Shown here in pieces: positions 1 to 12,678 of a stretch of 64,000 nt of DNA (position 1 is the stretch's first letter; every line of letters begins with the position of its first letter). The stretch comes from Actinomycetota bacterium (lineage in GTDB: Bacteria > Actinomycetota > CADDZG01 > WHSQ01), in the NCBI GenBank assembly GCA_046566065.1, contig JBKHXK010000010.1:4392-68391 (forward strand), in the 5' to 3' direction. The notes below the pieces were generated by a model that did not search any database, was not told the origin of the DNA, and worked only from the letters and a program-made list of their open reading frames with translations. A program made the translations under genes and the position numbers.

Positions 1-58
1 GGCGAACCCCAAGGAAGCGCTGGTCTTTGCCTTCGAGAACCTCGCCAACAGCGAGGGG

Positions 59-1030
59 ATGGAGATCGTTCTCTCCCTCGACGCGACCGCCGAGTCCCTA
101 ACCGGATTGGCCGGCGAAGGCGGCGAGTCGATGGACGAAGCCACCGTGGAGAAGATCCTCGACTCCAGCTTGCGGATGGTGACCAGGGGCAAGGGTGAAG
201 AGGCTCAGTTCGAGATGGTGGCCACGATCGCCGGCGAGGAAGACCTCGAGATCAAGTTCGTCGACAAGGTCTTCTACTTCAGGGCAGACGCGGCAGGTCT
301 GGCCGAGACGTTCGGAGGAGACCCCTCCGACCTCGACGTCATGGCCCAGGAAGCCGCCGCCGCGGGGCTGTCCTTCGTGGAACCCGCTTTGAACGGTGAG
401 TGGATCGCGGTCACCGGCATCGAGCAGCTGGCTCAGCAGTTCGGTGGAACCATGGATGCGCAGGGGATGGCGGAGAACCAACAGAAGGTCATCGACGACA
501 TCAGCGCGGCCATCGAGGAGAGCGCCACCGTGACCAGCGAGGGCAGTGATGACGTCGGCGATCACCTGAGGGTGGCGATCCCGATCCGCGAGCTGTACAC
601 GAAGCTCATGACCAGCTTCCAGGGGATACCGGGGTTCCCAGGCGGGCAGATGCCGCCGAACAGCGAAGTCCCCGACGAGGACGTCGCTCTAGACGTCTGG
701 GTCGACGACGACCGCGTCACGCAGGTGTCGCTCGACTTCGTCCAATTCATGAAGATGGGGGGCGGAGCCACCAGCACCGAAGGTCCGGTTGCCTTGCTCA
801 TGGCCTTCGAGGAGTTCGACGACGAGATCGAGGTCCCCGGAGATGCCGTCGAGGTGCCCGCCGAACAGCTGATGCAGATCTTCATGGGAGCGGCCGGCGG
901 CATGGGCGGTGCGACCGGGGGCGGGATGTCCGGAGGAGGAGCGCCGCCCGCCGACTTCGATTGCGACCAGCTGAAGGGTGCACCACCGGCGATCAAGCAG
1001 CAGTTCGCCGACATGTGTCCCGACCTCTAG
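59..1030 (+). CDS. hypothetical acidic protein with a Gly/Met-rich C-terminal segment and two Cys. The frame stays open to the left window edge, so the true start may lie upstream.
   Basis: Long ORF with GC-rich third codon positions. No family motif recognised. A hairpin terminator follows directly. Confidence 0.5.
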   Translation: MEIVLSLDATAESLTGLAGEGGESMDEATVEKILDSSLRMVTRGKGEEAQFEMVATIAGEEDLEIKFVDKVFYFRADAAGLAETFGGDPSDLDVMAQEAAAAGLSFVEPALNGEWIAVTGIEQLAQQFGGTMDAQGMAENQQKVIDDISAAIEESATVTSEGSDDVGDHLRVAIPIRELYTKLMTSFQGIPGFPGGQMPPNSEVPDEDVALDVWVDDDRVTQVSLDFVQFMKMGGGATSTEGPVALLMAFEEFDDEIEVPGDAVEVPAEQLMQIFMGAAGGMGGATGGGMSGGGAPPADFDCDQLKGAPPAIKQQFADMCPDL

Positions 1031-1052
1031 GCCAAGAACGGACCAGACATGG

Positions 1053-1080
1053 GGGGCGTCTTCGGGCGCCCCTCTTACCT
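1053..1080 (+). terminator. intrinsic terminator candidate downstream of the first ORF
   Basis: ggggcgtc-ttcg-ggcgcccc forms an 8-bp stem (one GU pair) with a UUCG tetraloop, followed by tcttacct. It starts 23 nt after the stop at 1030. Confidence 0.55.
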
Positions 1081-1136
1081 GTAGGACACCTCGCCTCACG
1101 GGGCCGCCCAGAAGGACCGGCTCGTAGGATGGGGCC

Positions 1137-3904
<2,768 letters not shown>

Positions 3905-3908
<4 letters not shown>

Positions 3909-4294
3909 GTCTTCGCATCGAGCAGGTCCTGATCGATGCGCATGACCCGGAGCGCCTGGCGAGGTTCTGGGCCGAGGTCCTCGACTACCGGGTCGAGTAC
4001 GACTCGAAGAACGACCCTGGGAACGACGGCAGCGAGCGCGCGATCGAACTGACGCCCAAGGAGGGATCCGCCACGAACCTCCTCTTCGTCGAGGTGCACG
4101 ACGAGAAGACGGTGAAGAACCGCATCCACCTCGACCTACGACCGGACGACCAGGCCGCCGAGGTAGCTCGGGTGGAGGCCCTAGGAGCCCGGAAGATCGA
4201 CATCGGGCAGGGTGAGCAGACCTGGGTCGTCATGGCCGATCCCGAGGGCAACGAGTTCTGCATCCTGAGCGCTCGCTCCCCCGAGAACGACTAG
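3905..4294 (+). CDS. VOC/glyoxalase-family protein
   Basis: 129 aa. Pattern FWAEVLDY...IHLDL...VVMADPEGNEFCI is typical of glyoxalase/bleomycin-resistance fold proteins. There is a 4-nt overlap with the acnA stop. Confidence 0.8.
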
Positions 4295-4321
4295 CTCCTG
4301 ATCCGGGAACGGAAGGTCTAG

Positions 4322-5107
4322 GTGCTCGGATCCCTCGATCCGCTGAGAGCGGCCGTCCGGGCCACCTCCTCCCGGCTGGTCGCCCTGCTCTCGACCGTTG
4401 CGAGACCGGCGCTCCCGGCGGTCGGCTCCTGGACGATCGCCGACCTCGCTATCCACCTCACCGAGGCGTTCGAGCGCTATCCCCTCTACCTGCGCGGCGA
4501 GGCCACCCTGTTCGACGACCCTCTCGACGTAACGCGACACAACGAGCAGGTGGTCGCATCTGGTCGGGGCCTCTCGCTGACCGAGGCGACGCGGCGGATC
4601 GCGGCCACGATCGACGAGACAGACTCCCTCCTCGCTTCGCGTGCCCCGGACGAGCCCGTGGCCTGGCATGGAGGCGCACTGCTATCCCCCGCCTCGTTCG
4701 CTGCGGTGGTCGGAAGCGAGGGCATCGTGCATGGCTACGACTTAGCTGCTGCCGAAAACAGGTACGTCCCGATCGACGTGGGTCATGCCGGTCTCATCAT
4801 GGCGAACTCACTGCACCTGTTGCCTCTTTATCTCGACAGCAACGCGGCCGGCGGGCTGCAGGCGACCTTCGACGTGCGTTTCAAAGGCGGCGAGCGCCGC
4901 TTCCTCAGCCTGCGGGATGGTCGCCTAACGGTGCAGCTCGACGGCGAGCGCGCCGACTGCGTCATCCTGGGCGATCCCGAAATCTTCCTGCTCGTGGGCT
5001 ACAACCGGATAGGTCAGTGGAAGCCGGCGTTCACGGGAAAGATGGTCACGTGGGGGCGCAAGCCGTGGCTGGCGCTCAAACTGCCGCAGCTACTCGCTCA
5101 GATCTGA
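4322..5107 (+). CDS. DinB-like / maleylpyruvate-isomerase N-terminal domain protein (TIGR03083-like) with an SCP2-like C-terminus
   Basis: GTG start. The N-terminal WTIADLAIHLTEAF pattern and C-terminal GKMVTWGRKPWLALKL resemble actinobacterial mycothiol-type DinB proteins. Assigned by recall only. Confidence 0.55.
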   Translation: MLGSLDPLRAAVRATSSRLVALLSTVARPALPAVGSWTIADLAIHLTEAFERYPLYLRGEATLFDDPLDVTRHNEQVVASGRGLSLTEATRRIAATIDETDSLLASRAPDEPVAWHGGALLSPASFAAVVGSEGIVHGYDLAAAENRYVPIDVGHAGLIMANSLHLLPLYLDSNAAGGLQATFDVRFKGGERRFLSLRDGRLTVQLDGERADCVILGDPEIFLLVGYNRIGQWKPAFTGKMVTWGRKPWLALKLPQLLAQI

Positions 5108-5578
5108 GGGGCTCGTCCCGACAGCAGGCCGAGACATCTCCAGGAAGTCGTACGGGGTGCCGTAGAAGTCGTGCCCGTAACGGCGATCGATGGCGAACCC
5201 GGCTCGCTCGTAGAGCGTGATCGCTCGCACGTTGAACTCCGCCACCCGCAGCCTGAAGCGCTCCGGCGCGAACCTCTCCCGAGCGAAAGACAGCCCCTCT
5301 CTCAGGAAGCTCTCCCCGAGGCCCCTACCGGTGAGGTCGGGCCGCAGACCTAGGCCGACCTCGACGACGTCTCCGTCGACCTCGAACTCGAAGAAGCCGA
5401 TCAGCTCCGAGTTCTTCAGCGCCGAGAAGTACTTCTCCTCCCGCACGTGGGCCGCCCGAAGCTCGGCCATGTCCTCCACGTCCCGCTCCATGTCATAGAA
5501 GGCGTACTCCCCCGGATATCGCCAGGAGATGACCTCCTCGGCCTGTTCCTCGCTCATCGTCCGTATCTCCAACTCCAC
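5090..5578 (-). CDS. GNAT-family N-acetyltransferase
   Basis: 162 aa. The GLGLRPDLTGRGLGESFL...A.NVRAITLYERAGF acetyl-CoA binding pattern is present. It converges on the previous gene with an 18-nt overlap. Confidence 0.75.
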   Translation of the reverse strand: MELEIRTMSEEQAEEVISWRYPGEYAFYDMERDVEDMAELRAAHVREEKYFSALKNSELIGFFEFEVDGDVVEVGLGLRPDLTGRGLGESFLREGLSFARERFAPERFRLRVAEFNVRAITLYERAGFAIDRRYGHDFYGTPYDFLEMSRPAVGTSPSDLSE

Positions 5579-5781
5579 GCCAGAAGCCTACGAACGACTG
5601 CGGGAAGCGTGGGCGGGGGCTGTGTGCGGGTGCGGCGGGCCGTGTGGAGGCGCACGCCGTCACTAGCCGAAGAGTCCTGCCGGCGTGCGCCGGAACCGAG
5701 TGAGGAGCGGCGCCGTTCAGGCGCCCCCCGAACGTGTCCGCCGGGCCCGCACTGCCCCCGCCGGAGCGTCGCGGAGCGGTG

Positions 5782-5816
5782 AAAAGAGAAAGGCCCCGGC
5801 TTGGAGCCGAGGCCTT
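5782..5816 (-). terminator. intrinsic terminator of the rplM-rpsI operon
   Basis: Minus-strand RNA reads AAGGCCUCGG-CUCCAAG-CCGGGGCCUU, a 10-bp stem with one GU pair, followed by UCUCUUUUC. It begins 7 nt after the rpsI stop. Confidence 0.65.
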
Positions 5817-5822
5817 AGAGCT

Positions 5823-6215
5823 TTAGCGCTTGGAGTACTGAGGCGCCTTGCGGGCCTTCTTGAGACCGTACTTGCGACGCTCTTTCTCGCGAGCGTCACG
5901 GGTGATGAAGCCGGCCTTCTTGAGGATCGGGCGCAGCTCGGGGTCCATGTCGATCAGGGCCTTGGTGATCGCGTGGCGAAGGGCGCCCGCCTGGCCGGAT
6001 GTCCCACCACCCTCGATCTTGGCGATGATGTCGTAGCGACCCTCGGTCTCCGTAAGACGAAGTGGCTCCGCGATGATCATGCGGTGCGTGGCGCTCGGGA
6101 AGTAATCCTCGAGCGGTCTTCCGTTGATCTCCCAACGACCGGTGCCGGTCAGGAGCCGGGCGCGACACACGGCCTCTTTGCGACGGCCGGTGGCGCGAGC
6201 AAGCATGTCCGCCAT
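5823..6215 (-). CDS. rpsI: 30S ribosomal protein S9
   Basis: 130 aa. ...[12 protein letters not shown]...[19 protein letters not shown]...[12 protein letters not shown]. Confidence 0.97.
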   Translation of the reverse strand: MADMLARATGRRKEAVCRARLLTGTGRWEINGRPLEDYFPSATHRMIIAEPLRLTETEGRYDIIAKIEGGGTSGQAGALRHAITKALIDMDPELRPILKKAGFITRDAREKERRKYGLKKARKAPQYSKR

Positions 6216-6701
6216 CTAAAGCACTTCCTCCACTGTGTGAGCCTGATCTGGGTTGTGCGGGGCCGCTACGTCCCTGAGGTCGAGCGGCTTGGGGTTCTGT
6301 GGGTCATGAGGATGCTCCGGGCCCGCGTAGACCTTGAGCTTCTTCAGCATCGCCCGTCCGAGACGGTTGCTCGGCAGCATGCCCTTGACGGCTTTCTCGA
6401 CCGCCATCTCCGGACGCTCGGCCATGATCTTGGAATAAGGCACGGCGCGGAGGCCACCCGGGTAACCCGAGTGGCGATACATCTGCTTCTGGGTCAGCTT
6501 GTTGCCCGTGAGAACGATCTTGGACGCGTTGACGACGATCACGTGGTCACCGGTGTCCAGGTGAGGGGCGAAGTTCGCCTTGTGCTTCCCGCGCAGGCGC
6601 TTCGCGACCTCAGAGGCCAGTCGGCCGAGGACTACTCCCTCAGCGTCGACCAACCACCAGTCGCGCGTTATCTCACTAGGCTTCGTTGAGTGGGTGTTCA
6701 T
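6216..6701 (-). CDS. rplM: 50S ribosomal protein L13
   Basis: Contains [30 protein letters not shown]. Start is set at ATG 6701 (MNTHSTKP), which has GAAGGA 5 nt upstream. The ORF track extends to 6725. Confidence 0.94.
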   Translation of the reverse strand: MNTHSTKPSEITRDWWLVDAEGVVLGRLASEVAKRLRGKHKANFAPHLDTGDHVIVVNASKIVLTGNKLTQKQMYRHSGYPGGLRAVPYSKIMAERPEMAVEKAVKGMLPSNRLGRAMLKKLKVYAGPEHPHDPQNPKPLDLRDVAAPHNPDQAHTVEEVL

Positions 6702-6820
6702 TCCCATCCTTCGATCCGGGCCCACGAGGGCCCTGGTTTCTGCAAACAGGCAGGATAACGCATCGTTCTCAGGCTCCTCAAATGTCGCCCTCGGTCACTT
6801 GGTGGGTCATATCGCCCATC

Positions 6821-7594
6821 TCACGCGCTGAGATCCCCAGGAGGGACCTTCCAGGCGGAGTCGTACTCCACTGATACCAGGCAGAGCCCGTGCGCAGGGG
6901 CGACCGGGCCGGCCGCAGAACGGTCCCTGGCCGCGAGCACCGCGGGAACCTCCTCCGGGCGCATACGCCCCTCTCCGACATGGAGAAGGGTTCCCACGAG
7001 CGAGCGGACCATCTGTTGGATGAAAGCGTTGGCACGAGCCCGGATCCTGATGAGCTCGCCATCTCGGGTGCAGCGGAGCTCGAACAGGACACGCTCGGCG
7101 CTGGCCTCCTGATCGGGCACCCTCCCGAAGGAAGAGAAGTCGTGGGGGCCGGTCAGGTGACCAGCGGCTTCGTTCATCGCCGCGACATCCAAAGGCTCGC
7201 GGTGGTACAGGGTCGTGTTGGCAAGGAACGGATCCGGGACTTCGGACTGGAGGATCGCGTAGATGTACGTCCGAGACCTCGCGCTGAACCGGGCGTGGAA
7301 ATCGTCGGGTACCTGAGTCAAACCCCAGATCGAGATGCTGGGCTGCAGCATCACATTCAGCGTGTCTCGCAGCTTCACGGTGTCGATGTCGTCAGGCACG
7401 CCGGGGATGCTCATGACCTGCCCGACCGCGTGAACGCCCGCGTCGGTTCTGCCGGCCACGTACGTTTGAGGTTCCGCGCCGAGCACCTTGCCAAGCGCGG
7501 CTTCGATGTCTCCTTGCACAGTCCGGACATCAGGCTGGCGCGCGAAGCCGCGGAAAGGACGGCCGTCGTATGCGAGATCGAGCCGGATGTTCAT
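6821..7594 (-). CDS. truA: tRNA pseudouridine(38-40) synthase TruA
   Basis: 257 aa. N-terminus is LAYDGRPFRGFARQP, with catalytic GRTDAGVHA. It occupies the conserved position after rplQ. Confidence 0.93.
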   Translation of the reverse strand: MNIRLDLAYDGRPFRGFARQPDVRTVQGDIEAALGKVLGAEPQTYVAGRTDAGVHAVGQVMSIPGVPDDIDTVKLRDTLNVMLQPSISIWGLTQVPDDFHARFSARSRTYIYAILQSEVPDPFLANTTLYHREPLDVAAMNEAAGHLTGPHDFSSFGRVPDQEASAERVLFELRCTRDGELIRIRARANAFIQQMVRSLVGTLLHVGEGRMRPEEVPAVLAARDRSAAGPVAPAHGLCLVSVEYDSAWKVPPGDLSA

Positions 7595-7619
7595 GAGGTA
7601 CTACAGATCGACCGGGCTG

Positions 7620-8309
7620 CTACTTGTTGTCGGTCTTGTTCCCCTCGGGAACACCGCCGGCGCTGGCGTCATGAGGCACGTTGCCCTCGTCTGCCTGCTC
7701 GGCCTCGTCCGTAGCTGCCTCCGCCGATGCGTCTTCGGCAGCAACTTCGGCCTCGCCCTCTTCGGAGATGACCTCTTGGGGAGGTCCGACGTCGGCGCCC
7801 CCGGTGCTGCCCTCGGCCGCAGCCTGAGCGGCCTGCGAACGGGCCGGCTTGTCCTGGGGCAGACCTTCGGCCCCCCGACGACGGCGCGGCGCACGGAGCC
7901 GGCGCTTCTTGCCGGCGTCGCCTTCGCTCTCACCTGTGACCACGGTGGCGGTGCCTTCGTCGACCAGCTCCATGAGCACCATCGGCGCGGCATCGCCGTT
8001 GCGCGGCCCGAGTTTCAGGATGCGCGTGTAGCCGCCGTTGCGCTCCTCGAAGCGAGGACCGATGTCGGAGAACAGCTTGTGGACTATCTCTCGATCTTCG
8101 ATAACCGAAAGGACCTGACGCCGGTCGTGCACGGTGCCCTTCTTCGCCTTCGTGATCAGCTTCTCGGCGAACGGCCGCAGCATCTTGGCCTTGGCCTCGG
8201 TCGTCTTGATGCGCTCGTGCTCGAACAGCGACAGGGCGAGGTTCGACAGCATCTGACGCTGATGGGATGGACCCGAGCCGAGGCGCGGGCCTTTCTTGGG
8301 TGTAGGCAC
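7620..8309 (-). CDS. rplQ: 50S ribosomal protein L17 with a roughly 100-aa Ala/Glu/Gly-rich C-terminal tail
   Basis: GTG start. The N-terminal 120 aa ([24 protein letters not shown]...[20 protein letters not shown]) is canonical L17. The remainder is low complexity. Confidence 0.95.
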   Translation of the reverse strand: MPTPKKGPRLGSGPSHQRQMLSNLALSLFEHERIKTTEAKAKMLRPFAEKLITKAKKGTVHDRRQVLSVIEDREIVHKLFSDIGPRFEERNGGYTRILKLGPRNGDAAPMVLMELVDEGTATVVTGESEGDAGKKRRLRAPRRRRGAEGLPQDKPARSQAAQAAAEGSTGGADVGPPQEVISEEGEAEVAAEDASAEAATDEAEQADEGNVPHDASAGGVPEGNKTDNK

Positions 8310-9247
8310 TAGAACTCCTTGGTCCTCAAGCCCAAGCCCATCTCTTCCAGCTTGGCCTTCACCTCGTCGATCGACTTCTGACCGAAGTTGCGGATCTCGA
8401 GCAGGTCGTCTTCCGACTTCTGCACGAGCTCTCCGAGGGTGGTGACGCCCTCACGCTTCAGGCAGTTGTACGACCGCACGGTCAGGTCCATGTCCTCGAT
8501 CGGCTTCGCCAGTACGCCGGAGACCTCGTCCTCACCGGGCTCTGGGCCCAGATCCAGGCCGGGGCCTGCGCCGACATCGGCGAACAGCGTGAAGAGGTTC
8601 ACAAGGGTGGAGCCTGCAGCGGAAAGCGCATCCGAGGGAGAGATCGAACCGTCGGTCTCGACATCGAGGATCAGGCGGTCGTAGTTCGTCATCTGCTCGA
8701 CGCGGGTGGGCTCCACCTGGTACGTCACGCGCTTGACCGGAGAGAAGATCGCGTCGATGGGGATCGCGCCGATCGATTCTTTCGGAGCGGTCTGCGCTGC
8801 GACGTAACCGCGACCCTGCTCGACACGCAGCTCCATCGAAAGGGTCGCGTTCTTGTTCAGTGTGGCGATGTGGTGCTCGGGGTTCAAGATCTCGACCCCT
8901 GCAGGCAGCTCGATGTCGCCCGCGGTCACGTCGGCGGGGCCGCTCACACGCAGGTGGATCGTGCTGGGCTCCTCGTTGTCGCTGCGGAGCACCAGGCTCT
9001 TCAGGTTCAAAACGATGTCGGTAACGTCCTCCGTCACGCCTTCGACGGTGGAGAACTCGTGCAGGACGCCATCGATCTTGACCTGGGTGACTGCCGCACC
9101 TGGGATCGAGGAGAGAAGCGTGCGACGCAGCGAGTTACCAAGCGTGTAGCCGAAACCGGGCTCCAGCGGCTCGATAGTGAACTTCCGACGAACGTCCGAG
9201 ATCTCCTCGTCTGAGATCTGTGGACGCTGGACGATAAGCAGATCCAT
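8309..9247 (-). CDS. rpoA: DNA-directed RNA polymerase subunit alpha
   Basis: Start is set at ATG 9247 ([10 protein letters not shown]...). The C-terminal domain motif [22 protein letters not shown] is present. The ORF-track N-terminal extension overlaps rpsD and was discarded. Confidence 0.96.
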   Translation of the reverse strand: MDLLIVQRPQISDEEISDVRRKFTIEPLEPGFGYTLGNSLRRTLLSSIPGAAVTQVKIDGVLHEFSTVEGVTEDVTDIVLNLKSLVLRSDNEEPSTIHLRVSGPADVTAGDIELPAGVEILNPEHHIATLNKNATLSMELRVEQGRGYVAAQTAPKESIGAIPIDAIFSPVKRVTYQVEPTRVEQMTNYDRLILDVETDGSISPSDALSAAGSTLVNLFTLFADVGAGPGLDLGPEPGEDEVSGVLAKPIEDMDLTVRSYNCLKREGVTTLGELVQKSEDDLLEIRNFGQKSIDEVKAKLEEMGLGLRTKEF

Positions 9248-9276
9248 AAAGCTCCTCTCCTCTCCCCGAGCGGGGG

Positions 9277-9903
9277 TTACTTCGAGTAGTACTCGACGAT
9301 GAGCTGCTCTTGCACGGGGACATCGATCTGTGTCCGTTCCGGCAAGGCGCGCACTTCGACAGCCATCTGTTTCAGGTTCGAACCGAGCCAATCCGGGATC
9401 TCCCGGCCCTCGGCGTATGAGGTGTTTTCGATGATGCGGCCCATCTTCTTGGACCGCTCTTTGACCGTGACCACGTCACCTGGCTTCACCCGGTACGAGG
9501 GGATGTTGACCTTGCGGCCGTTCACCTCGAAGTGCCCGTGCGACACGAACTGGCGCGCCATCGGGCGGTTCATCGCGAAGCCGGCGCGGTACACGACGTT
9601 GTCCAAGCGGGTCTCGCAGATCCGCAGGAGCTCCTCACCGGTGATGCCCTTCGACTTGGCAGCCTCGGTGTAGTAGCTGCGGAACTGCTTCTCCAGGATC
9701 CCGTAGAAGCGCTTGGCCTTCTGCTTCTCACGCAGCTGGAGCAGGTACTCGCTCTCACGAACGCGGCCACGCCCGTGCATACCGGGAGGGGGACGTCCCT
9801 TCTCGATCGGGCACTTGGGGCTTTCGCAGCGCGTTCCCTTGAGGAACAGCTTGGTCTTCTCGCGCCTGCACAGCCGGCAAACCGGGCCGGTATACCTAGC
9901 CAT
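9277..9903 (-). CDS. rpsD: 30S ribosomal protein S4
   Basis: [23 protein letters not shown]..., 208 aa. Confidence 0.97.
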   Translation of the reverse strand: MARYTGPVCRLCRREKTKLFLKGTRCESPKCPIEKGRPPPGMHGRGRVRESEYLLQLREKQKAKRFYGILEKQFRSYYTEAAKSKGITGEELLRICETRLDNVVYRAGFAMNRPMARQFVSHGHFEVNGRKVNIPSYRVKPGDVVTVKERSKKMGRIIENTSYAEGREIPDWLGSNLKQMAVEVRALPERTQIDVPVQEQLIVEYYSK

Positions 9904-10299
9904 CTAGACACGCCTCCTCTTGCGAGGGCGGCACCCGTTGTGCGGAACCGGGGTGACGTCTTTGATACCGATGATCTCGAGACCGGAAGCCTGCAGGGAG
10001 CGGATCGCGGTCTCGCGGCCCGAGCCGGGTCCCTTCACCTCGACGTCGACGCGACGAACACCGTGCTCCTGCGCCTTACGAGAGGCGGCCTCCGCGGCGA
10101 GCTGGGCCGCGAAGGGAGTGGACTTCCGGGAGCCTTTGAATCCGACGTTGCCCGCGGACGCCCAAGAGAGCACGTTGCCGTCCATGTCCGAGATCGAGAT
10201 GATCGTGTTGTTGAACGTGGACTTGATATGAGCCACACCGTGGACGACGTTCTTCTTTTCCCTCCGGCGGGCCTTCGTCTTCTTCTTGGGAGATGCCAA
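9904..10299 (-). CDS. rpsK: 30S ribosomal protein S11
   Basis: [30 protein letters not shown]...[13 protein letters not shown]. Confidence 0.97.
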   Translation of the reverse strand: MASPKKKTKARRREKKNVVHGVAHIKSTFNNTIISISDMDGNVLSWASAGNVGFKGSRKSTPFAAQLAAEAASRKAQEHGVRRVDVEVKGPGSGRETAIRSLQASGLEIIGIKDVTPVPHNGCRPRKRRRV

Positions 10300-10313
10300 C
10301 TAGATCCTTTCCT

Positions 10314-10697
10314 CTACTTCTTCCCGGTGGCTTTCTTCTTGCCTGCCACCGTCTTCTTCGGTCCCTTGCGGGTGCGTGCGTTGGTGTGGGTGCGCTGACC
10401 GTGGACCGGGAGACCACGGCGGTGCCTCAGGCCCTGGTAGCTGCCGATCTCGACCTTGCGCTTGATGTGCTGGTTGACCTCGCGGCGAAGGTCACCCTCG
10501 ACGCGGTAGTTGGCGCCGATCCACTCGCGGATGCGAACGACCTCGTCGTCTGTGAGATCGCGGACACGCGTGGCAGGGCTGACCCGCGACGCGATACACG
10601 TCTCCATCGACTTGGTGCGGCCGATCCCATAGATATAGGTCAGCGCGACGTCGAGGCGCTTCTCGCGAGGTAGGTCGACTCCGGCGATTCTTGCCAT
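10314..10697 (-). CDS. rpsM: 30S ribosomal protein S13
   Basis: [28 protein letters not shown]... Confidence 0.97.
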   Translation of the reverse strand: MARIAGVDLPREKRLDVALTYIYGIGRTKSMETCIASRVSPATRVRDLTDDEVVRIREWIGANYRVEGDLRREVNQHIKRKVEIGSYQGLRHRRGLPVHGQRTHTNARTRKGPKKTVAGKKKATGKK

Positions 10698-10712
10698 CTA
10701 GCGCTTCTCCTT

Positions 10713-10826
10713 TTAGCCCTGGCGCTGCTTGTGACGGGGGTTAGAACAGATCACCATCACGCGCCCATGGCGACGGATGACCTTGCACTTGTCGCAGATC
10801 TTCTTCACGCTGGGGCGCACCTTCAT
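10713..10826 (-). CDS. rpmJ: 50S ribosomal protein L36 (zinc-binding form)
   Basis: Absent from the ORF track because it is under 60 aa. Manual translation gives [37 protein letters not shown], with ATG at 10826 and TAA at 10713-10715. Confidence 0.95.
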   Translation of the reverse strand: MKVRPSVKKICDKCKVIRRHGRVMVICSNPRHKQRQG

Positions 10827-10837
10827 GTTGGCGACTC

Positions 10838-11104
10838 CTACTTGTAGCGGTAGACCACACGACCCCTGGTGAGGTCGTAGGGAGACAACTCGATCAAGAC
10901 ACGGTCCCCGGGCAGGATCCGGATGTAGTGCATCCGCATCTTTCCCGAGATGTGGGCGAGCACCTGGTGCCCGTTGTCCAGCTCGACCTTGAACATGGCG
11001 TTCGGCAGAGGCTCGAGGACGGTGCCCTCGACCTGGATCCCCTCTTCCTTGCCGGAAGAAGAGGCCTTGTCCTTGTTCTTGGCCTTAGCTTTTGCCACGC
11101 GCAA
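10838..11104 (-). CDS. infA: translation initiation factor IF-1 with a short Lys/Ala-rich N-terminal extension
   Basis: Contains the S1-like core [47 protein letters not shown]. The start is ambiguous between TTG 11104 and GTG 11098. Confidence 0.92.
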   Translation of the reverse strand: MRVAKAKAKNKDKASSSGKEEGIQVEGTVLEPLPNAMFKVELDNGHQVLAHISGKMRMHYIRILPGDRVLIELSPYDLTRGRVVYRYK

Positions 11105-11196
11105 CGTCCCCGATATCTAGACCGATCTGACGAGGCCCTCCCAAGACAAGCGCCCCCTCGAGGGGCGCGCAGAACCGGGGGACGGGCCGACGGATG

Positions 11197-11225
11197 AGGA
11201 TAGCAGATAAGGCCGGTTCGGTCGA
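11197..11225 (-). promoter_or_regulatory. candidate sigma-A type promoter for infA-rpmJ-rpsMKD-rpoA-rplQ
   Basis: The minus strand reads TCGACC-N17-TATCCT. The same -10 hexamer occurs in the rpsL promoter candidate. The -35 element is weak. Confidence 0.3.
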
Positions 11226-11269
11226 ACCGGAGAGAACACGTTTGCCCTGGTCGCGCCCCGTAAAAGCCG

Positions 11270-12025
11270 TCATCGGGGGCCCCTCTGGGTGAGAACCTCA
11301 TGGCCGTCGGAGGTGATCGCCACGGTGTGCTCGAAATGGGCGGACAGCGAGCCATCCGCGGTCACGACCGTCCAGCCGTCGGACAGCGCCTTGGTGGCCG
11401 CTCCCCCGGCGTTGACCATGGGCTCGATGGCGAGCGTCATGCCCGGCGCCAGGATCTCCCTGCGGCCCGGCGGCCCGTAGTTGGGGATCTGAGGGTCCTC
11501 GTGCAGGGCCCGGCCGACGCCGTGGCCCACGTACTCCCGAACGATGGAGAACCCTGCGGCCTCGGCCGTCTGCTCGACGGCGAAGCCGACATCTCCCAGG
11601 CGATTGCCGGGTCTGCACTGAGCGATGGCGGCATCCAGGGAGGCCTCCGTGACCTTCAGGAGCTCGGCTGCCTCAGGCGTGACGCTGCCGACCGCGAAGG
11701 TCCAGGCGGAATCCACATGGAAGCCCTCGAAGTAGACGCCGACATCGATCGAGATGATGTCGCCGTCCTCCAGGGCCAGCTGACCCGGGATGCCGTGGAC
11801 GATCACCTCGTTGGGCGAGGCGCAGATCGAGCCGGTGAAGCCGCGGTAGCCCAGGAAAGACGGGGTCGCGTTCCTGGCCTCCATCGTCTCGCGGGCGAGT
11901 TTGTCGAGCTCTCCCGTCGTGACCCCGGGACGCAGCGCCTCCTCGAGACGGTTCATCGTCTCGGCATGGATCGCGCCCCCACGCCGCATGATCTCGATCT
12001 CTTCTGGGGACTTCTTGTAGATCAC
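11270..12025 (-). CDS. map: type I methionine aminopeptidase
   Basis: 251 aa with a GTG start. Metal-ligand context is VIVHGIPG...DIISIDVG...GHGVG...LAIEPM...HFEHTV. Confidence 0.95.
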   Translation of the reverse strand: MIYKKSPEEIEIMRRGGAIHAETMNRLEEALRPGVTTGELDKLARETMEARNATPSFLGYRGFTGSICASPNEVIVHGIPGQLALEDGDIISIDVGVYFEGFHVDSAWTFAVGSVTPEAAELLKVTEASLDAAIAQCRPGNRLGDVGFAVEQTAEAAGFSIVREYVGHGVGRALHEDPQIPNYGPPGRREILAPGMTLAIEPMVNAGGAATKALSDGWTVVTADGSLSAHFEHTVAITSDGHEVLTQRGPR

Positions 12026-12036
12026 CGCAGCGTCCG

Positions 12037-12675
12037 CTAGATCGACGAGACGATCCGGGAGAAGACCTCGTCGGGCGAGCCGACTCCATCGATCTCCCTG
12101 AGGAGGTTCCTCTCTGCGTAATAGGCCTTCAGCGGCTCGGTCTGCTGGTGGTAGAGACGGAGCCGGTTGGTGACGGTCTCTTCCTCGTTATCGTCGGTTC
12201 GGGCGATCACCTCGCCCCCGCAGGTGTCACAGATCCAGTCGTTCTCGGGCGGGGAGTCGACCGAGTAGTTACGTCCGCAGTTGGCGCACACGCGGCGACC
12301 TAAGAGCCGACGGAGCGAGACCTCCTCGGGGACCTCGATCACGATGGCGCCGTCCAACGAGGCCCCGGAGTCTTCCAGCAAGACGTCGAGCGCCTTGGCC
12401 TGGCCCACGTTGCGAGGGAACCCGTCGAGCAGGAACCCGTCCTTGCAATCCTCCGCGGTGAGCCGGTCTGTGACCACCTCGATGGTCAACTCGTCGGGGA
12501 CCAAGCTCCCGGCGTCTACGTACTCCAAGACCTTCAAGCCCAACGCGGTTCTGCCTTTGATCGCCCAGCGGAAGATCTCGCCGGTCGAGATGCTGGGGAT
12601 CCCGTACTTCTCGGAGATCCTTGCGCTCTGCGTGCCCTTACCGGCCCCTTGCGGGCCGAAGATGACGAGTCTCAT
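12037..12675 (-). CDS. adk: adenylate kinase (zinc-lid type)
   Basis: P-loop GPQGAGKGTQ. The lid carries CANCGRNY...CDTCGG. Confidence 0.96.
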   Translation of the reverse strand: MRLVIFGPQGAGKGTQSARISEKYGIPSISTGEIFRWAIKGRTALGLKVLEYVDAGSLVPDELTIEVVTDRLTAEDCKDGFLLDGFPRNVGQAKALDVLLEDSGASLDGAIVIEVPEEVSLRRLLGRRVCANCGRNYSVDSPPENDWICDTCGGEVIARTDDNEEETVTNRLRLYHQQTEPLKAYYAERNLLREIDGVGSPDEVFSRIVSSI

Positions 12676-12678
12676 GGG

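Noticed and set aside
5685-6689. A 334-aa plus-strand ORF spanning the rpsI/rplM region and the upstream intergenic DNA.
   Set aside because: It is antisense to two ribosomal protein genes. The translation is Arg/Leu/Gly/Ala-rich with no motif.
8309-9391. Longer ORF-track versions of several genes:
- rpoA (360 aa)
- rpsG (27034-27969, 311 aa)
- rpsH (16160-16693)
- rplR (15245-15652)
- nusG (43679-44677)
- sigH (62245-63168)
- the thioredoxin-like gene (52742-53425)
- the lipoprotein (58789-59874)
   Set aside because: The upstream extensions overlap the preceding conserved gene and have no homology to the family N-termini. Canonical starts with ribosome-binding sites or ATGA/GTGA coupling exist at the positions used in the feature list.
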